This document shows positions 1-8,458 of a stretch of DNA of 48,773 nucleotides, piece after piece (position 1 is the first letter of the stretch; each line of letters opens with the position of its first letter). Made by a program: the position numbers and the translations under genes. The notes below the pieces were generated by a model. The model had not been told where the DNA came from and made no database searches. It was given only the letters and a program-made list of their open reading frames with translations. The stretch lies in the NCBI GenBank assembly GCA_046753945.1, contig JBHHUW010000001.1:1-48773 (forward strand). The letters run 5' to 3'. Source of the DNA: Thermodesulfobacteriota bacterium (GTDB taxonomy: Bacteria > Desulfobacterota > GWC2-55-46 > JADFVP01).

Positions 1-7
1 AATATCA

Positions 8-268
8 ATGTCCATGGGCGAGATGCTCTTTGATAAATTCCGGGGCTGCATTGCCTGCCATCAGATAGAGCCGGGCTATGGCGGTTATTCCGCGCCGGAG
101 GTCTATACGGCAGCAAAACGTCTTCAAGAGAACTACATGATTAGTTACATGCGTGACCCCAAGGCCTGGGACCCAAAAACAGTTATGCCCAGTAAATATA
201 TACGCGAGAAAGACCTGCAGAAATTCGTCCATTATTTTCGGGGGCTAAGCAAGGAGACCTTTGAATGA
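8..268 (+). CDS. c-type cytochrome domain protein, possibly 5'-truncated by the window edge
   Basis: CIACH (CxxCH haem-binding motif) near the ORF N-terminus. The frame stays open back to nt 2. ATGA start/stop overlap with the next cytochrome gene. Confidence 0.7.
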   Translation: MSMGEMLFDKFRGCIACHQIEPGYGGYSAPEVYTAAKRLQENYMISYMRDPKAWDPKTVMPSKYIREKDLQKFVHYFRGLSKETFE

Positions 269-642
269 AAATCCCGTGTGGTTTCTCTTTTCTCATATTG
301 CTCTTAGTCTCAATGGTCTTTTCCACAGGTAGTGTCCTGGCCGGGGAGCGCGGAGAAGATAATTACAGAGCCTACTGTGTGCAATGCCACGGAAGGAACG
401 GCGACGGCAAGGGTCTTAATATACGTGATATGTCCGTACAGCCGCGGGACCATACCGATGCCAAGAACATGTCCTCGCGTTCTGACGAGGACCTTTTTAA
501 GGCCATCAAGGAGGGCGGGCAGGCCGTTAGCAAGTCGGTGCTCATGCCTCCGTGGAAAGGCACCTTTACTGATGAGGAGATAAAGGAATTGGTGAAGTAT
601 CTACGCACCTTGTGCAAGTGTGAGCATGGCAGTGTGTCTTGA
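265..642 (+). CDS. secreted monohaem cytochrome c
   Basis: N-terminal signal peptide (FLILLLVSMVFSTGSVLA), CVQCH haem motif, and a downstream LMPPW Met-ligand-like region. Confidence 0.8.
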   Translation: MKIPCGFSFLILLLVSMVFSTGSVLAGERGEDNYRAYCVQCHGRNGDGKGLNIRDMSVQPRDHTDAKNMSSRSDEDLFKAIKEGGQAVSKSVLMPPWKGTFTDEEIKELVKYLRTLCKCEHGSVS

Positions 643-723
643 GTACTGCGGTCTTGTTTTTTTATGATGAGAGGTTTTTTTAAGTAATCTAATCTAATTT
701 AATTTGTGGTAAGGAGGTAAGTT

Positions 724-1689
724 GTGCTGAAAACAAAGGGTGTGAGTTTCGCGAGCATGGGTATTGCCGCGCTGGTAACGGCTATTTTGGTCTTAGCGGC
801 GCAGGACGTTATGGCAAAGAGAGTCAAAGTGACCATGGTTGCCAGGGAGACAAATGTTGTTATTGATAACAAAGGCACGGAGTATCCGGCCTGGACCTTT
901 GACGGCACTGTTCCCGGGCCTGTGGTGCGGGTTACACAGGGGGATATAGTTGAGTTTAAGCTCGTTAACCCCAAGAAGAATAAGGAGAGCCACTCAATGG
1001 ATTTTCACTCAGCCGAGGTGGATGTTCTCGATGAGTTTGCTCCTGTTAAGCCCGGCGAGACAAAGGAATTCAAGTTCACGGCCAAACGCGCGGGCGTCTT
1101 CATGTATCACTGCGGCGCCAACCCCATGGTGCAGCACATTGCCCGCGGCATGTACGGGCTTATTATCGTAGACCCCATAGCGGGCTACAGTGATATATTT
1201 CCAAAACCTGACCGTGAGTATGTATTGATCCAGCAGCAGTTTTTTCCTGATGCCGGTGACTACAAGGCCATGCTTGAGAACAAGGGCTGGACCAACGCCC
1301 TCATCAACGGCAAGATATTCCACTATGACCCCGTACATGACCCGGACGCCTCGCTGGTACTTGAGGCCAAGCCGGGCGAGCGGGTGCGTATCTACTTTGT
1401 GAACGCCAATATAAATATGCCCGTGGCCTTCCATCCCATTGCCGGTATCTGGGACCGTATTTATATTAACGGCAGTCCGAAGAATATCCTCTATGATGTA
1501 CAGACCTATAATGTTGCCGTTGCCACGGCGGATATATTCGATATCGTATCACCGAAGGACCGTCCCACAAATAACGCCATTGTGGACCACACCATGAGCG
1601 CCGCGCTTCGCGGGGCCATAACGGTGCTGATGCACAAACCCGATGCCGATCCAAAAGCCGGGAAGGGAAAAAATATCCTGCCGAGATAA
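724..1689 (+). CDS. nirK: copper-containing nitrite reductase (two-cupredoxin NirK type)
   Basis: HSMDFH (His-x-x-Asp-Phe-His T1/T2 copper plus catalytic Asp), YHCGANPMVQHIARGM (His-Cys...His...Met), AFHPIAGIWDRIY and IVDHTMSAALRG second-domain motifs. Signal peptide present. GTG start preceded by AAGGAGG. Confidence 0.8.
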   Translation: MLKTKGVSFASMGIAALVTAILVLAAQDVMAKRVKVTMVARETNVVIDNKGTEYPAWTFDGTVPGPVVRVTQGDIVEFKLVNPKKNKESHSMDFHSAEVDVLDEFAPVKPGETKEFKFTAKRAGVFMYHCGANPMVQHIARGMYGLIIVDPIAGYSDIFPKPDREYVLIQQQFFPDAGDYKAMLENKGWTNALINGKIFHYDPVHDPDASLVLEAKPGERVRIYFVNANINMPVAFHPIAGIWDRIYINGSPKNILYDVQTYNVAVATADIFDIVSPKDRPTNNAIVDHTMSAALRGAITVLMHKPDADPKAGKGKNILPR

Positions 1690-1737
1690 TCGTGTGGTTA
1701 TAAAGTGTGGTTATAAGAAGTAGTTCATACTTCAGGG

Positions 1738-1766
1738 GAGGGGGCGATCTTGCCCCCTCTTTTTTT
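1738..1766 (+). terminator. intrinsic terminator after nirK
   Basis: GAGGGGGC / GCCCCCTC 8-bp stem with a 6-nt loop, followed by a T7 run. Confidence 0.8.
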
Positions 1767-1816
1767 GTTTGCGTCTATATTGTAAGAGGCTAAGACCTTA
1801 AAAGGGAGGATAGCAT

Positions 1817-3040
1817 ATGGCCAGGTTTACAGGAGCAGAGTGGGATAAGGTTCTGGCGTTTCTCGATGAGCACCATGCTCGCTTTGGATTGCCACAGCAA
1901 CGGGCGGACTCAGTTGTTATGGCCTCCTTCAATATACGAAAACTTGGCAAGGTAAAAAAACGTTCAAATCAGTCCTGGGAATTTTTAAAGAGGTTCTGCC
2001 AGCGTTGTGACCTTATCGCAGTACAGGAAGTTCAGGATAATCTGGAAGGGATTAATTACTTAAAGGGGCTCATGGGCGGTAATTACGGCATGGTTTGCTC
2101 CGATATAACAGGTGGTGTGCCAGGCGCAACTGCCATGGTTGAACGCCTTGCTTTTATTTTTCATTGGCCGACGATTGAGCGCACAGAAGTGGCATCTGAT
2201 ATTTCCTATGACCGAAGCGCCGTAATTGGCAAGCTCTTTGATAACCGTGTAGATTTCTCCAAAGATTTTAAAAAATACGCATTGGCAATCACTGCCTGGG
2301 AGAAGAAGGTGAGTGCCTGGAAGGACGGGGGCAAGCATGGTGATAAACCCGAGAAGCCTCCCTTTGTGCTCAGCAATTTTGTGACCTTCATACGCACCCC
2401 GTATTGTGTCTCTTTTCGTATTCCGGGTTTTGACGGGGCCCTTCCATATGAGCTTCTTGCAGTAAATGCCCATCTGCTTTACGGTGATGCAAGCAAGCAA
2501 AAACAGGAGCGCAGGATGGAGTTCGATGCCTTGATAGAGTGGATAATCTCAAGGGCTAAGCAGAGGGACAGGCTCTATCACAAGAACATCATTCTCCTTG
2601 GAGACATGAACCTTGATTTTGAGGAAGTTGATGCAAGGCGCGATGAGATTAGAGCGAAGATAATGGATCTTAATAAGACGATTTTCAAGAGCCTGAAGGC
2701 CGCGAAGGTGAATTTTCCTTTCCTGGATGTGCATAAGGGGCAAGAAGAGGTCTTTCGCAGCAACGCGCGCCTTAATCAGACCTACGACCAGATCGGCCTT
2801 TTCTCACACGACAAGCGCTTGCCTCTTGATAAGGAGAACGATACTGCCGGTGGGACGGCGGGCGGCTTTGACTTTGGTGTATTCAACTTCGTAGATCTCT
2901 TTTCCGAGGCGCTTCATGGTAAACCCCTTATGGATATATCAGATAATCAGCAAAAGGCTCTTTATGAAAAATTCGAGAACGACGTAAGCGACCATATGCC
3001 CATATGGATACGTCTTCCAAAGCCTTATGCCGGACAGTAG
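1817..3040 (+). CDS. endonuclease/exonuclease/phosphatase (EEP, DNase I-like fold) family protein, no signal peptide
   Basis: Ordered EEP motifs: SFNIRKLG, AVQEV, LAVNAHL, LLGDMNLD, YDQIG, SDHMPIWIRL. GGGAGG RBS. Two long insertions lie between the core motifs. Confidence 0.8.
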   Translation: MARFTGAEWDKVLAFLDEHHARFGLPQQRADSVVMASFNIRKLGKVKKRSNQSWEFLKRFCQRCDLIAVQEVQDNLEGINYLKGLMGGNYGMVCSDITGGVPGATAMVERLAFIFHWPTIERTEVASDISYDRSAVIGKLFDNRVDFSKDFKKYALAITAWEKKVSAWKDGGKHGDKPEKPPFVLSNFVTFIRTPYCVSFRIPGFDGALPYELLAVNAHLLYGDASKQKQERRMEFDALIEWIISRAKQRDRLYHKNIILLGDMNLDFEEVDARRDEIRAKIMDLNKTIFKSLKAAKVNFPFLDVHKGQEEVFRSNARLNQTYDQIGLFSHDKRLPLDKENDTAGGTAGGFDFGVFNFVDLFSEALHGKPLMDISDNQQKALYEKFENDVSDHMPIWIRLPKPYAGQ

Positions 3041-3245
3041 ATGGGGCGGTGAGCTGGTGAGCTAAAGATATTTTTTGAATAAGAGCAAGACAACAGACCA
3101 CCAGGTATGGTTTCCTCGATACTGAGAAAAAAACAAGTTAAGGGGAGACCATACTTGATTCCCATGCTTTAATTTTATTTGCCGTCGCATCCTCTTTGGG
3201 ATCACCTTCGCCGGCCCGCTAATACATAAAAACTCTAAAAACACC

Positions 3246-3274
3246 TTGACACCCCCCTTTAAATGAAATAATAT
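3246..3274 (+). promoter_or_regulatory. sigma70-like promoter for rplU-rpmA
   Basis: TTGACA, 17-nt spacer, TAATAT, about 30 nt upstream of the rplU RBS. Confidence 0.55.
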
Positions 3275-3305
3275 ATAAAATTCCAATAATAACGGAGGCA
3301 TAACC

Positions 3306-3617
3306 ATGAAAGCGGTAGTAAAGACAGGCGGCAAACAGTATGCAGTTACAGAGGGCGATATCCTGATGGTTGAAAAACTCGCAGGAGAGGTAGGCGCCTC
3401 TATAAACCTCGACGAAGTTCTCTCCGTAGGAGAGGGCGCTGATATTAAGCTCGGCACGCCTACCGTGGAAGGGGCCAGCGTAAAGGCCGAGATTACGGAG
3501 CACGGAAGGAGCAAAAAAGTCATAGTTTTCAAGAAGAAACGCAGGAAAGGCTATAAGAAAAAACAGGGCCACAGACAGGATTACACTGGCTTAAAGATAC
3601 AGGAAATAAAGTACTAA
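3306..3617 (+). CDS. rplU: 50S ribosomal protein L21
   Basis: [19 protein letters not shown]-terminus, 103 aa, basic C-terminus, immediately upstream of L27. Confidence 0.95.
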   Translation: MKAVVKTGGKQYAVTEGDILMVEKLAGEVGASINLDEVLSVGEGADIKLGTPTVEGASVKAEITEHGRSKKVIVFKKKRRKGYKKKQGHRQDYTGLKIQEIKY

Positions 3618-3635
3618 TACGAGGAGGCTGCAGAG

Positions 3636-3893
3636 GTGGCTCATAAAAAAGCGGGCGGAAGCTCAAGAAACGGCAGAGACAGTAACGGGCAGAGAAGAGG
3701 CGTAAAGTGCTTCTCCGGTCAGACGGTTCCCGCCGGCTCTATAATTATAAGACAGCTTGGCACAAGGGTACATCCCGGCGAGAACGTTGGTATGGGCAGA
3801 GACTATACCATTTTCGCGCGTGTTAACGGTGTTGTGCAGTTCGAGGATAAGGGCAAGAGAAAATTTGTAAATATCGTCCCCGCCGCCCAATAG
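3636..3893 (+). CDS. rpmA: 50S ribosomal protein L27
   Basis: [15 protein letters not shown] signature, 85 aa, GTG start after GAGGAGG. Confidence 0.95.
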   Translation: MAHKKAGGSSRNGRDSNGQRRGVKCFSGQTVPAGSIIIRQLGTRVHPGENVGMGRDYTIFARVNGVVQFEDKGKRKFVNIVPAAQ

Positions 3894-3924
3894 GGGCGTC
3901 CTAAGGGGAGTATCATAACAAAGC

Positions 3925-3976
3925 AGGGCGGAGTAAGAGGGCGACTTAACCTCTTAAAATTCCGCCCTTTTTTTTT
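3925..3976 (+). terminator. intrinsic terminator after rpmA
   Basis: AGGGCGGA...TCCGCCCT outer stem with an inner AAGAGG/CCTCTT stem, followed by a T8 run. Confidence 0.75.
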
Positions 3977-3983
3977 ATGTATC

Positions 3984-4041
3984 GTGGGAGCAAGGTGTAT
4001 ATTTATAGGTATTAAGCTGTTTCCCCGTTGGTTTTCTTTGC
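3984..4041 (+). repeat. intergenic repeat, copy A1 (head plus GTTGGTTTTCTTTG box)
   Basis: GTGGGAGCAAGGTGTATATTTATAGGTATTAAGC...CCCCGTTGGTTTTCTTTGC. Near-identical to 4142-4200, 158 bp downstream. Confidence 0.85.
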
Positions 4042-4141
4042 ATTAGCTTTTTGAGTAGTAATTCGTCCTCTACCTTGCTTAAGACCTCGCAAAAGCAGAG
4101 GAATGGAGCACCCAAATCAAAATTTTTTTTTCAAAAGTATT

Positions 4142-4200
4142 GTGGGAGCAAGGTGTATATTTAAAGGTATTAAGCTTATTCCCCCGTTGGTTTTCTTTGT
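4142..4200 (+). repeat. intergenic repeat, copy A2
   Basis: Direct repeat of 3984-4041 with about 4 differences by eye. Ends in the same GTTGGTTTTCTTTG box. Confidence 0.85.
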
Positions 4201-4230
4201 CCTCCTTTCTTTTTTCCAAAAGAAAGGAGG
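4201..4230 (+). promoter_or_regulatory. perfect hairpin immediately upstream of obg, overlapping an AGGAGG
   Basis: CCTCCTTTCTTTT / AAAAGAAAGGAGG 13-bp perfect stem with a TTCC loop. A second GGAGG lies just 3' of it, 10 nt before the obg ATG. Confidence 0.5.
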
Positions 4231-4246
4231 GGGAGGTCTTTCTTAG

Positions 4247-5272
4247 ATGAGGTTTATAGACGAGGCTTTAATCACAATACGTTCCGGGGATGGTGGAAGC
4301 GGCTGCGTGAGTTTTCGCCGCGAGAAATACATCCCCCGCGGCGGCCCTGACGGCGGTGACGGCGGGCACGGCGGCGCAGTTATTTTCCGCGCTGATGCCA
4401 ACCTCGCGAGCCTTATGGACTTTCGCTACAAGCGCAGTTACGTGGCTGATTCCGGAAAGAGCGGCATGGGGGCCAATAAATCCGGCAAAAAGGGCGAGGA
4501 CATCATAATAAAGGTGCCGCGGGGCACATTGATATTAGACGAGGCCTCGGGCGCGCTTATTGCCGATATTACTGAGCTCAATGATGAGGTACGCCTTCTT
4601 GAGGGCGGGCGCGGCGGCAAGGGTAACGCCCATTTCAAGAGTTCAAGGCAGCAGGCCCCGAAATTCGCCCAGCCCGGCGAGGAGGGCGAGGAAAAGGAGA
4701 TAAGGCTTGAGCTGAAGCTCCTTGCCGATGTTGCCATCATAGGCCTGCCCAATGCCGGTAAATCCACGCTCATATCGCGCATCTCGGCGGCAAAACCGCG
4801 TATCGCTGATTATCCCTTTACCACACTGACGCCAAAGCTTGGCGTGGTGAAAAAAGACAATTTTTCAGAGTTCGTCATAGTGGACATTCCGGGCCTTGTA
4901 GAGGGGGCCCATAGCGGCAAGGGTCTTGGCATAGCATTTCTTAAGCATGTGGAGAGGACGAGCTTTCTGCTGCATCTAATAGACATATCTCCCTTTACCG
5001 GGAGGGACCCAAAAGACGATTTTCTTATGATAAATAAGGAGTTAAAGGCCTTTAACAAGGCCCTTGCCGAGAGGCCGCAGGTCGTTGTCCTTAATAAGAC
5101 GGATATTACAGGCACAGAAGAGCGCGAGGAGGAGCTCTTGCGTTTTTTCCGTGCTTCAGGTATAAAGGTCTTTTCAATATCAGCCGTAACAGGCCGCGGT
5201 CTTGAGGAGCTTGTAAAGTTCGTAGGCTTTGAACTTGATAGGATTAAGAGGCTTGCAGTAGAGGGCTCTTAG
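4247..5272 (+). CDS. obg: GTPase Obg/CgtA
   Basis: Gly-rich Obg fold (GDGGSGCVSFRREKY, GGPDGGDGGHGG). G motifs GLPNAGKST, DIPGL, NKTD. Conserved position after rpmA. Confidence 0.95.
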   Translation: MRFIDEALITIRSGDGGSGCVSFRREKYIPRGGPDGGDGGHGGAVIFRADANLASLMDFRYKRSYVADSGKSGMGANKSGKKGEDIIIKVPRGTLILDEASGALIADITELNDEVRLLEGGRGGKGNAHFKSSRQQAPKFAQPGEEGEEKEIRLELKLLADVAIIGLPNAGKSTLISRISAAKPRIADYPFTTLTPKLGVVKKDNFSEFVIVDIPGLVEGAHSGKGLGIAFLKHVERTSFLLHLIDISPFTGRDPKDDFLMINKELKAFNKALAERPQVVVLNKTDITGTEEREEELLRFFRASGIKVFSISAVTGRGLEELVKFVGFELDRIKRLAVEGS

Positions 5273-5315
5273 GCAAGGCCTCGTCTTCAGAGAGAGAAAA
5301 AAAGGGTATTTTACT

Positions 5316-6419
5316 GTGGAAAAGCTCGTTAAGGGTGCAAAGCGTCTTGTAATCAAGATAGGCAGCGCTGTTCTTGCCGGTGATAGTCATATATTTCATA
5401 GGATTGCCTCTGATGTTAATGACCTCAGGGCCGGGGGCAGGGAAGTGGTTATCGTTAGCAGCGGCGCTGTTGCCCTTGGCATGAAGGCCCTTGGCATGAC
5501 GAAGAGACCGGCTACCATACCGGAGACGCAGGCCGTAGCCTCGACGGGTCAGCTCTGCCTCATGTTCAGGTACCAGAGCGCCTTTGAAAAAGAAAATCTC
5601 CGTATGGGGCAGGTTCTTCTTACTCATGATGGTCTCTCAGACCGCAAGAGGTTCCTAAACGCCCGAAATACCGTGCTTACCCTCCTTAAGATGGGCCTTG
5701 TTCCCGTAATAAACGAGAACGATACTGTTGCCACTGAAGAGATAAAGCTCGGCGATAATGACGAGCTCTCGGCCCTTGTTACCAATCTTGTAAATGCCGA
5801 TCTCCTTATTATACTTACAGATACCGACGGCTTGTATGATAGAGACCCCAGGGTGGATTCCAGGGCCCGGAGGATACCCATAGTACGTGACGTGGACCAG
5901 CGTCTGCCGGAATCTGCCGGAGAGGCGGCAGGTCCTCTGGGCTCTGGCGGCATGAGGACCAAGACAGAAGCGGCGAAGATGGCCGCGCACTTTGGCGTAG
6001 CCACTATCATTGCCAGCGGTCTTAATAAAGATGTGCTGAAGAGTATTTTTGCTGGAGATGGGCCGGGTACGCTCTTTCTGCCTGCCCGGCAGAGTCTTAC
6101 GAGCAGAAAACACTGGATAGCCTTCTCGTCGCGGCCCACGGGCAGGGTCACAGTTGATGAAGGGGCGAGAAAGGCCCTTTTAAAAGGCAAAAAAAGCCTG
6201 CTGCCGTCAGGCATTATGGACGTGGACGGTGTATTTGAGACAGGCGAGGTCATACACTGCGTGGACGCCGGTGGAATGGAGTTCGCAAGAGGGCTTACCA
6301 ATTACAGCTCTGATGAGATAAGACGCATCAAGGGTCTCAAGAGCCGTGAGATTGAGGACAGACTCGGTTATAAGGTCTACGATGAGGTTATTCACAGGGA
6401 TAACCTTGTTGTGTTATAA
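5316..6419 (+). CDS. proB: glutamate 5-kinase
   Basis: VIKIGSAVL N-terminus, amino-acid kinase core, C-terminal PUA-like region. Followed by proA. Confidence 0.9.
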   Translation: MEKLVKGAKRLVIKIGSAVLAGDSHIFHRIASDVNDLRAGGREVVIVSSGAVALGMKALGMTKRPATIPETQAVASTGQLCLMFRYQSAFEKENLRMGQVLLTHDGLSDRKRFLNARNTVLTLLKMGLVPVINENDTVATEEIKLGDNDELSALVTNLVNADLLIILTDTDGLYDRDPRVDSRARRIPIVRDVDQRLPESAGEAAGPLGSGGMRTKTEAAKMAAHFGVATIIASGLNKDVLKSIFAGDGPGTLFLPARQSLTSRKHWIAFSSRPTGRVTVDEGARKALLKGKKSLLPSGIMDVDGVFETGEVIHCVDAGGMEFARGLTNYSSDEIRRIKGLKSREIEDRLGYKVYDEVIHRDNLVVL

Positions 6420-6458
6420 TAGTCGGAAAAATGAAATAATAAAGATGGGAGAGCGCCC

Positions 6459-7718
6459 ATGAGTTTGAGTGAAGAGTTGACTGAGCTTGGCAAGAGGGCC
6501 AGAGACGCAGGCCGCATTGTGGCAAGGCTCTCTACAAGAGTAAAAAACAACGTGCTTCTGGCCATGGCCGAGGGCATTGAAAAAAATACCGCCTTTCTTC
6601 AGGCCGAGAATGAGAAAGACCTTGCAGCGGGAAAGGAAAAGGGGCTTACCGATGCCATGATAGACAGGCTGAGGCTCTCAGAGAAGGTCCTGACCTCCAT
6701 GGCCCAGGGGCTTCGCGAGGTTGCGGCCCTGCCTGACCCCGTGGGAGAGGTTACGGGGATGTGGAAGAGGCCCAACGGGCTTCTTGTCGGCAAGCAGCGC
6801 ATCCCTCTTGGAGTAGTGGGCATTATTTACGAGTCAAGGCCCAATGTGACCTGTGACGCCGCGGCGCTATGCCTGAAATCAGGCAACGCCGTTGTGCTTC
6901 GCGGCGGCTCCGAGGCCATACACTCAAACCTTGCCGTGGCAAAGGCCCTGCATGAGGCCTGCGAGAGGGAAGGGGTGCCGGCGGAGGCCATTCAGGTAGT
7001 AGCCACTACTGATAGAGAGGCAGTCCTTGAGATGCTCAAGCTCGAAGACTATATAGACGTTATAATCCCCCGCGGCGGAGAGGGGCTTATACGCTTTGTC
7101 GTTGAGAACTCAAAAATACCCGTTATAAAGCACTACAAGGGCGTCTGCCATGTCTTTGTTGACGAGTTCGCTGATATGGAGATGGCATCAGATATAGCCT
7201 TTAATGCCAAGACAGCCCGTCCCGGGGTCTGCAACGCCATGGAGACCCTGCTTGTCCATAAGGCCGTAGCCGCGGAGTTTCTGCCCTCTTTTTACAAGAG
7301 GGTTACTGAGGCAGGTGTGGAACTGCGGGGCTGCGCTGAGACATGCCTTATTCTTGGCGGTAGTATCAAAGAGGCCTCTGAAGAAGACTGGTCCACAGAG
7401 TACCTTGACCTTACCCTTGCCGTCAGGGTTGTAGAGAGTTTTTCAGGGGCTGTCTCTCATATAGAAAAATACGGCTCTCTGCATACCGAGTCTATTGTCA
7501 CCGAGAACTATGCCAACGCCCAGAGGTTCTTAAGGGAAGTGAACTCCTCTACGGTAATGGTTAATGCCTCTACGAGGTTTTCAGACGGTTTTGAGCTTGG
7601 TCTTGGCGCTGAAATTGGCATATCCACTACCAAGATACACGCCTTTGGCCCTATGGGCCTTGAAGGGCTGACCACGAGTAAGTTTATAGTATATGGCGAG
7701 GGCCAGATTAGAGAGTAA
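6459..7718 (+). CDS. proA: gamma-glutamyl phosphate reductase
   Basis: ALDH-like fold with [10 protein letters not shown] catalytic-Cys motif, 419 aa. proB-proA synteny. Confidence 0.9.
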   Translation: MSLSEELTELGKRARDAGRIVARLSTRVKNNVLLAMAEGIEKNTAFLQAENEKDLAAGKEKGLTDAMIDRLRLSEKVLTSMAQGLREVAALPDPVGEVTGMWKRPNGLLVGKQRIPLGVVGIIYESRPNVTCDAAALCLKSGNAVVLRGGSEAIHSNLAVAKALHEACEREGVPAEAIQVVATTDREAVLEMLKLEDYIDVIIPRGGEGLIRFVVENSKIPVIKHYKGVCHVFVDEFADMEMASDIAFNAKTARPGVCNAMETLLVHKAVAAEFLPSFYKRVTEAGVELRGCAETCLILGGSIKEASEEDWSTEYLDLTLAVRVVESFSGAVSHIEKYGSLHTESIVTENYANAQRFLREVNSSTVMVNASTRFSDGFELGLGAEIGISTTKIHAFGPMGLEGLTTSKFIVYGEGQIRE

Positions 7719-7729
7719 TAGCGGCCCTG

Positions 7730-7784
7730 CCTTTTTTCTCCTTTTCTACTTCTTTTTTTTCTTCTTCTCCTCCTCCTTTTTTCC
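7730..7784 (+). repeat. 55-nt homopyrimidine (CT) tract
   Basis: CCTTTTTTCTCCTTTTCTACTTCTTTTTTTTCTTCTTCTCCTCCTCCTTTTTTCC. Only one purine in 55 nt on the + strand. Confidence 0.9.
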
Positions 7785-7959
7785 GATTTTTCGAGGATTT
7801 CCATGAAACCCTCGGAGACTGCAAGAGCCATAGCCTTAATGCCGCCTTGCGGGTTGACTCTTGCGCATGAAATGACAAAAGTTACAGAACTATGAAAAAA
7901 GTGCGTTTTCTTTCTGACACCTTTCAAAAAAAATATATATAAATTAAGAGGTTATATTT

Positions 7960-7975
7960 TGGCACGCCTTTTGCG
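7960..7975 (+). promoter_or_regulatory. sigma54 (-24/-12) type promoter
   Basis: TGGCAC-GCCTT-TTGCG matches TGGCAC-N5-TTGC with correct GG-N10-GC spacing. About 85 nt upstream of the 8058 start. Confidence 0.6.
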
Positions 7976-8057
7976 TTATCTTAAGCACATGGGCTGCAAT
8001 ATAGGGGTGTTCCTTAAATAACACTGGAATTTTCAATATTAAATCCAAGAGGAGCAA

Positions 8058-8456
8058 ATGAGCGTAAAGGGTAGACTGGCTGATATAAGACCAAGGGATA
8101 TTCTGGAGATATTTGTAGCCGAGCACAGGACGGCGGCCGTACATCTCACCTCGCCTCTTGGTTTTGGTCATATCTATATCAGCGAGGGCGCTGTGGTTCA
8201 TGCACTTTACAGGGACAAGACAGGCCAGGAGGCCCTCAGTGAGCTTATGTCCTGGCATGACGGCGAGTTCGAGGTGGAACCGGATGCTATTTCGCCGGAA
8301 CGCTCAATAGATGAAGAGACCTCTGCCGCCGCCCTTGATAAGAAGGGAAGCACCATGCCCAGAGAGATTGATGAGACAGACTTTATGGATTACGCCGATG
8401 ACTCGGTAAGCCTTATTAATAAACTGCTTAAGCTCGATATACTGGAGAGGATATAG
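8058..8456 (+). CDS. DUF4388 (PATAN-like) domain protein
   Basis: GRLADIRPRDILEIF...GHIYISEGAVVHALY...GQEALSELMSWHDGEFEVEP follows the typical DUF4388 pattern. Confidence 0.65.
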   Translation: MSVKGRLADIRPRDILEIFVAEHRTAAVHLTSPLGFGHIYISEGAVVHALYRDKTGQEALSELMSWHDGEFEVEPDAISPERSIDEETSAAALDKKGSTMPREIDETDFMDYADDSVSLINKLLKLDILERI

Positions 8457-8458
8457 AT

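Noticed and set aside
3984-4200. Possible CRISPR array, from evenly spaced direct repeats.
   Set aside because: There are only two copies, the repeats are about 58 bp with a 100-bp spacer, and no cas genes are in the window. The other repeat pairs in the window are also two-copy only.
5624-6301. 225-aa and 152-aa minus-strand ORFs antisense to proB. Similar cases: 37544-38446 antisense to sat, 29103-29699 antisense to the sulfite-reductase/TusA genes, 34587-35090 antisense to the DASS permease, and 3062-3572 antisense to rplU.
   Set aside because: They overlap genes with clear family signatures, have no recognisable domains and have Ser/Pro/Arg-rich compositions. I treat them as shadow ORFs.
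7508-7927. 139-aa minus-strand ORF containing EKSEKRRRRRRKKRSRKGEKRQG.
   Set aside because: The basic run is just the translation of the homopurine strand of the CT tract. The ORF also overlaps the 3' end of proA, and there is no RBS.
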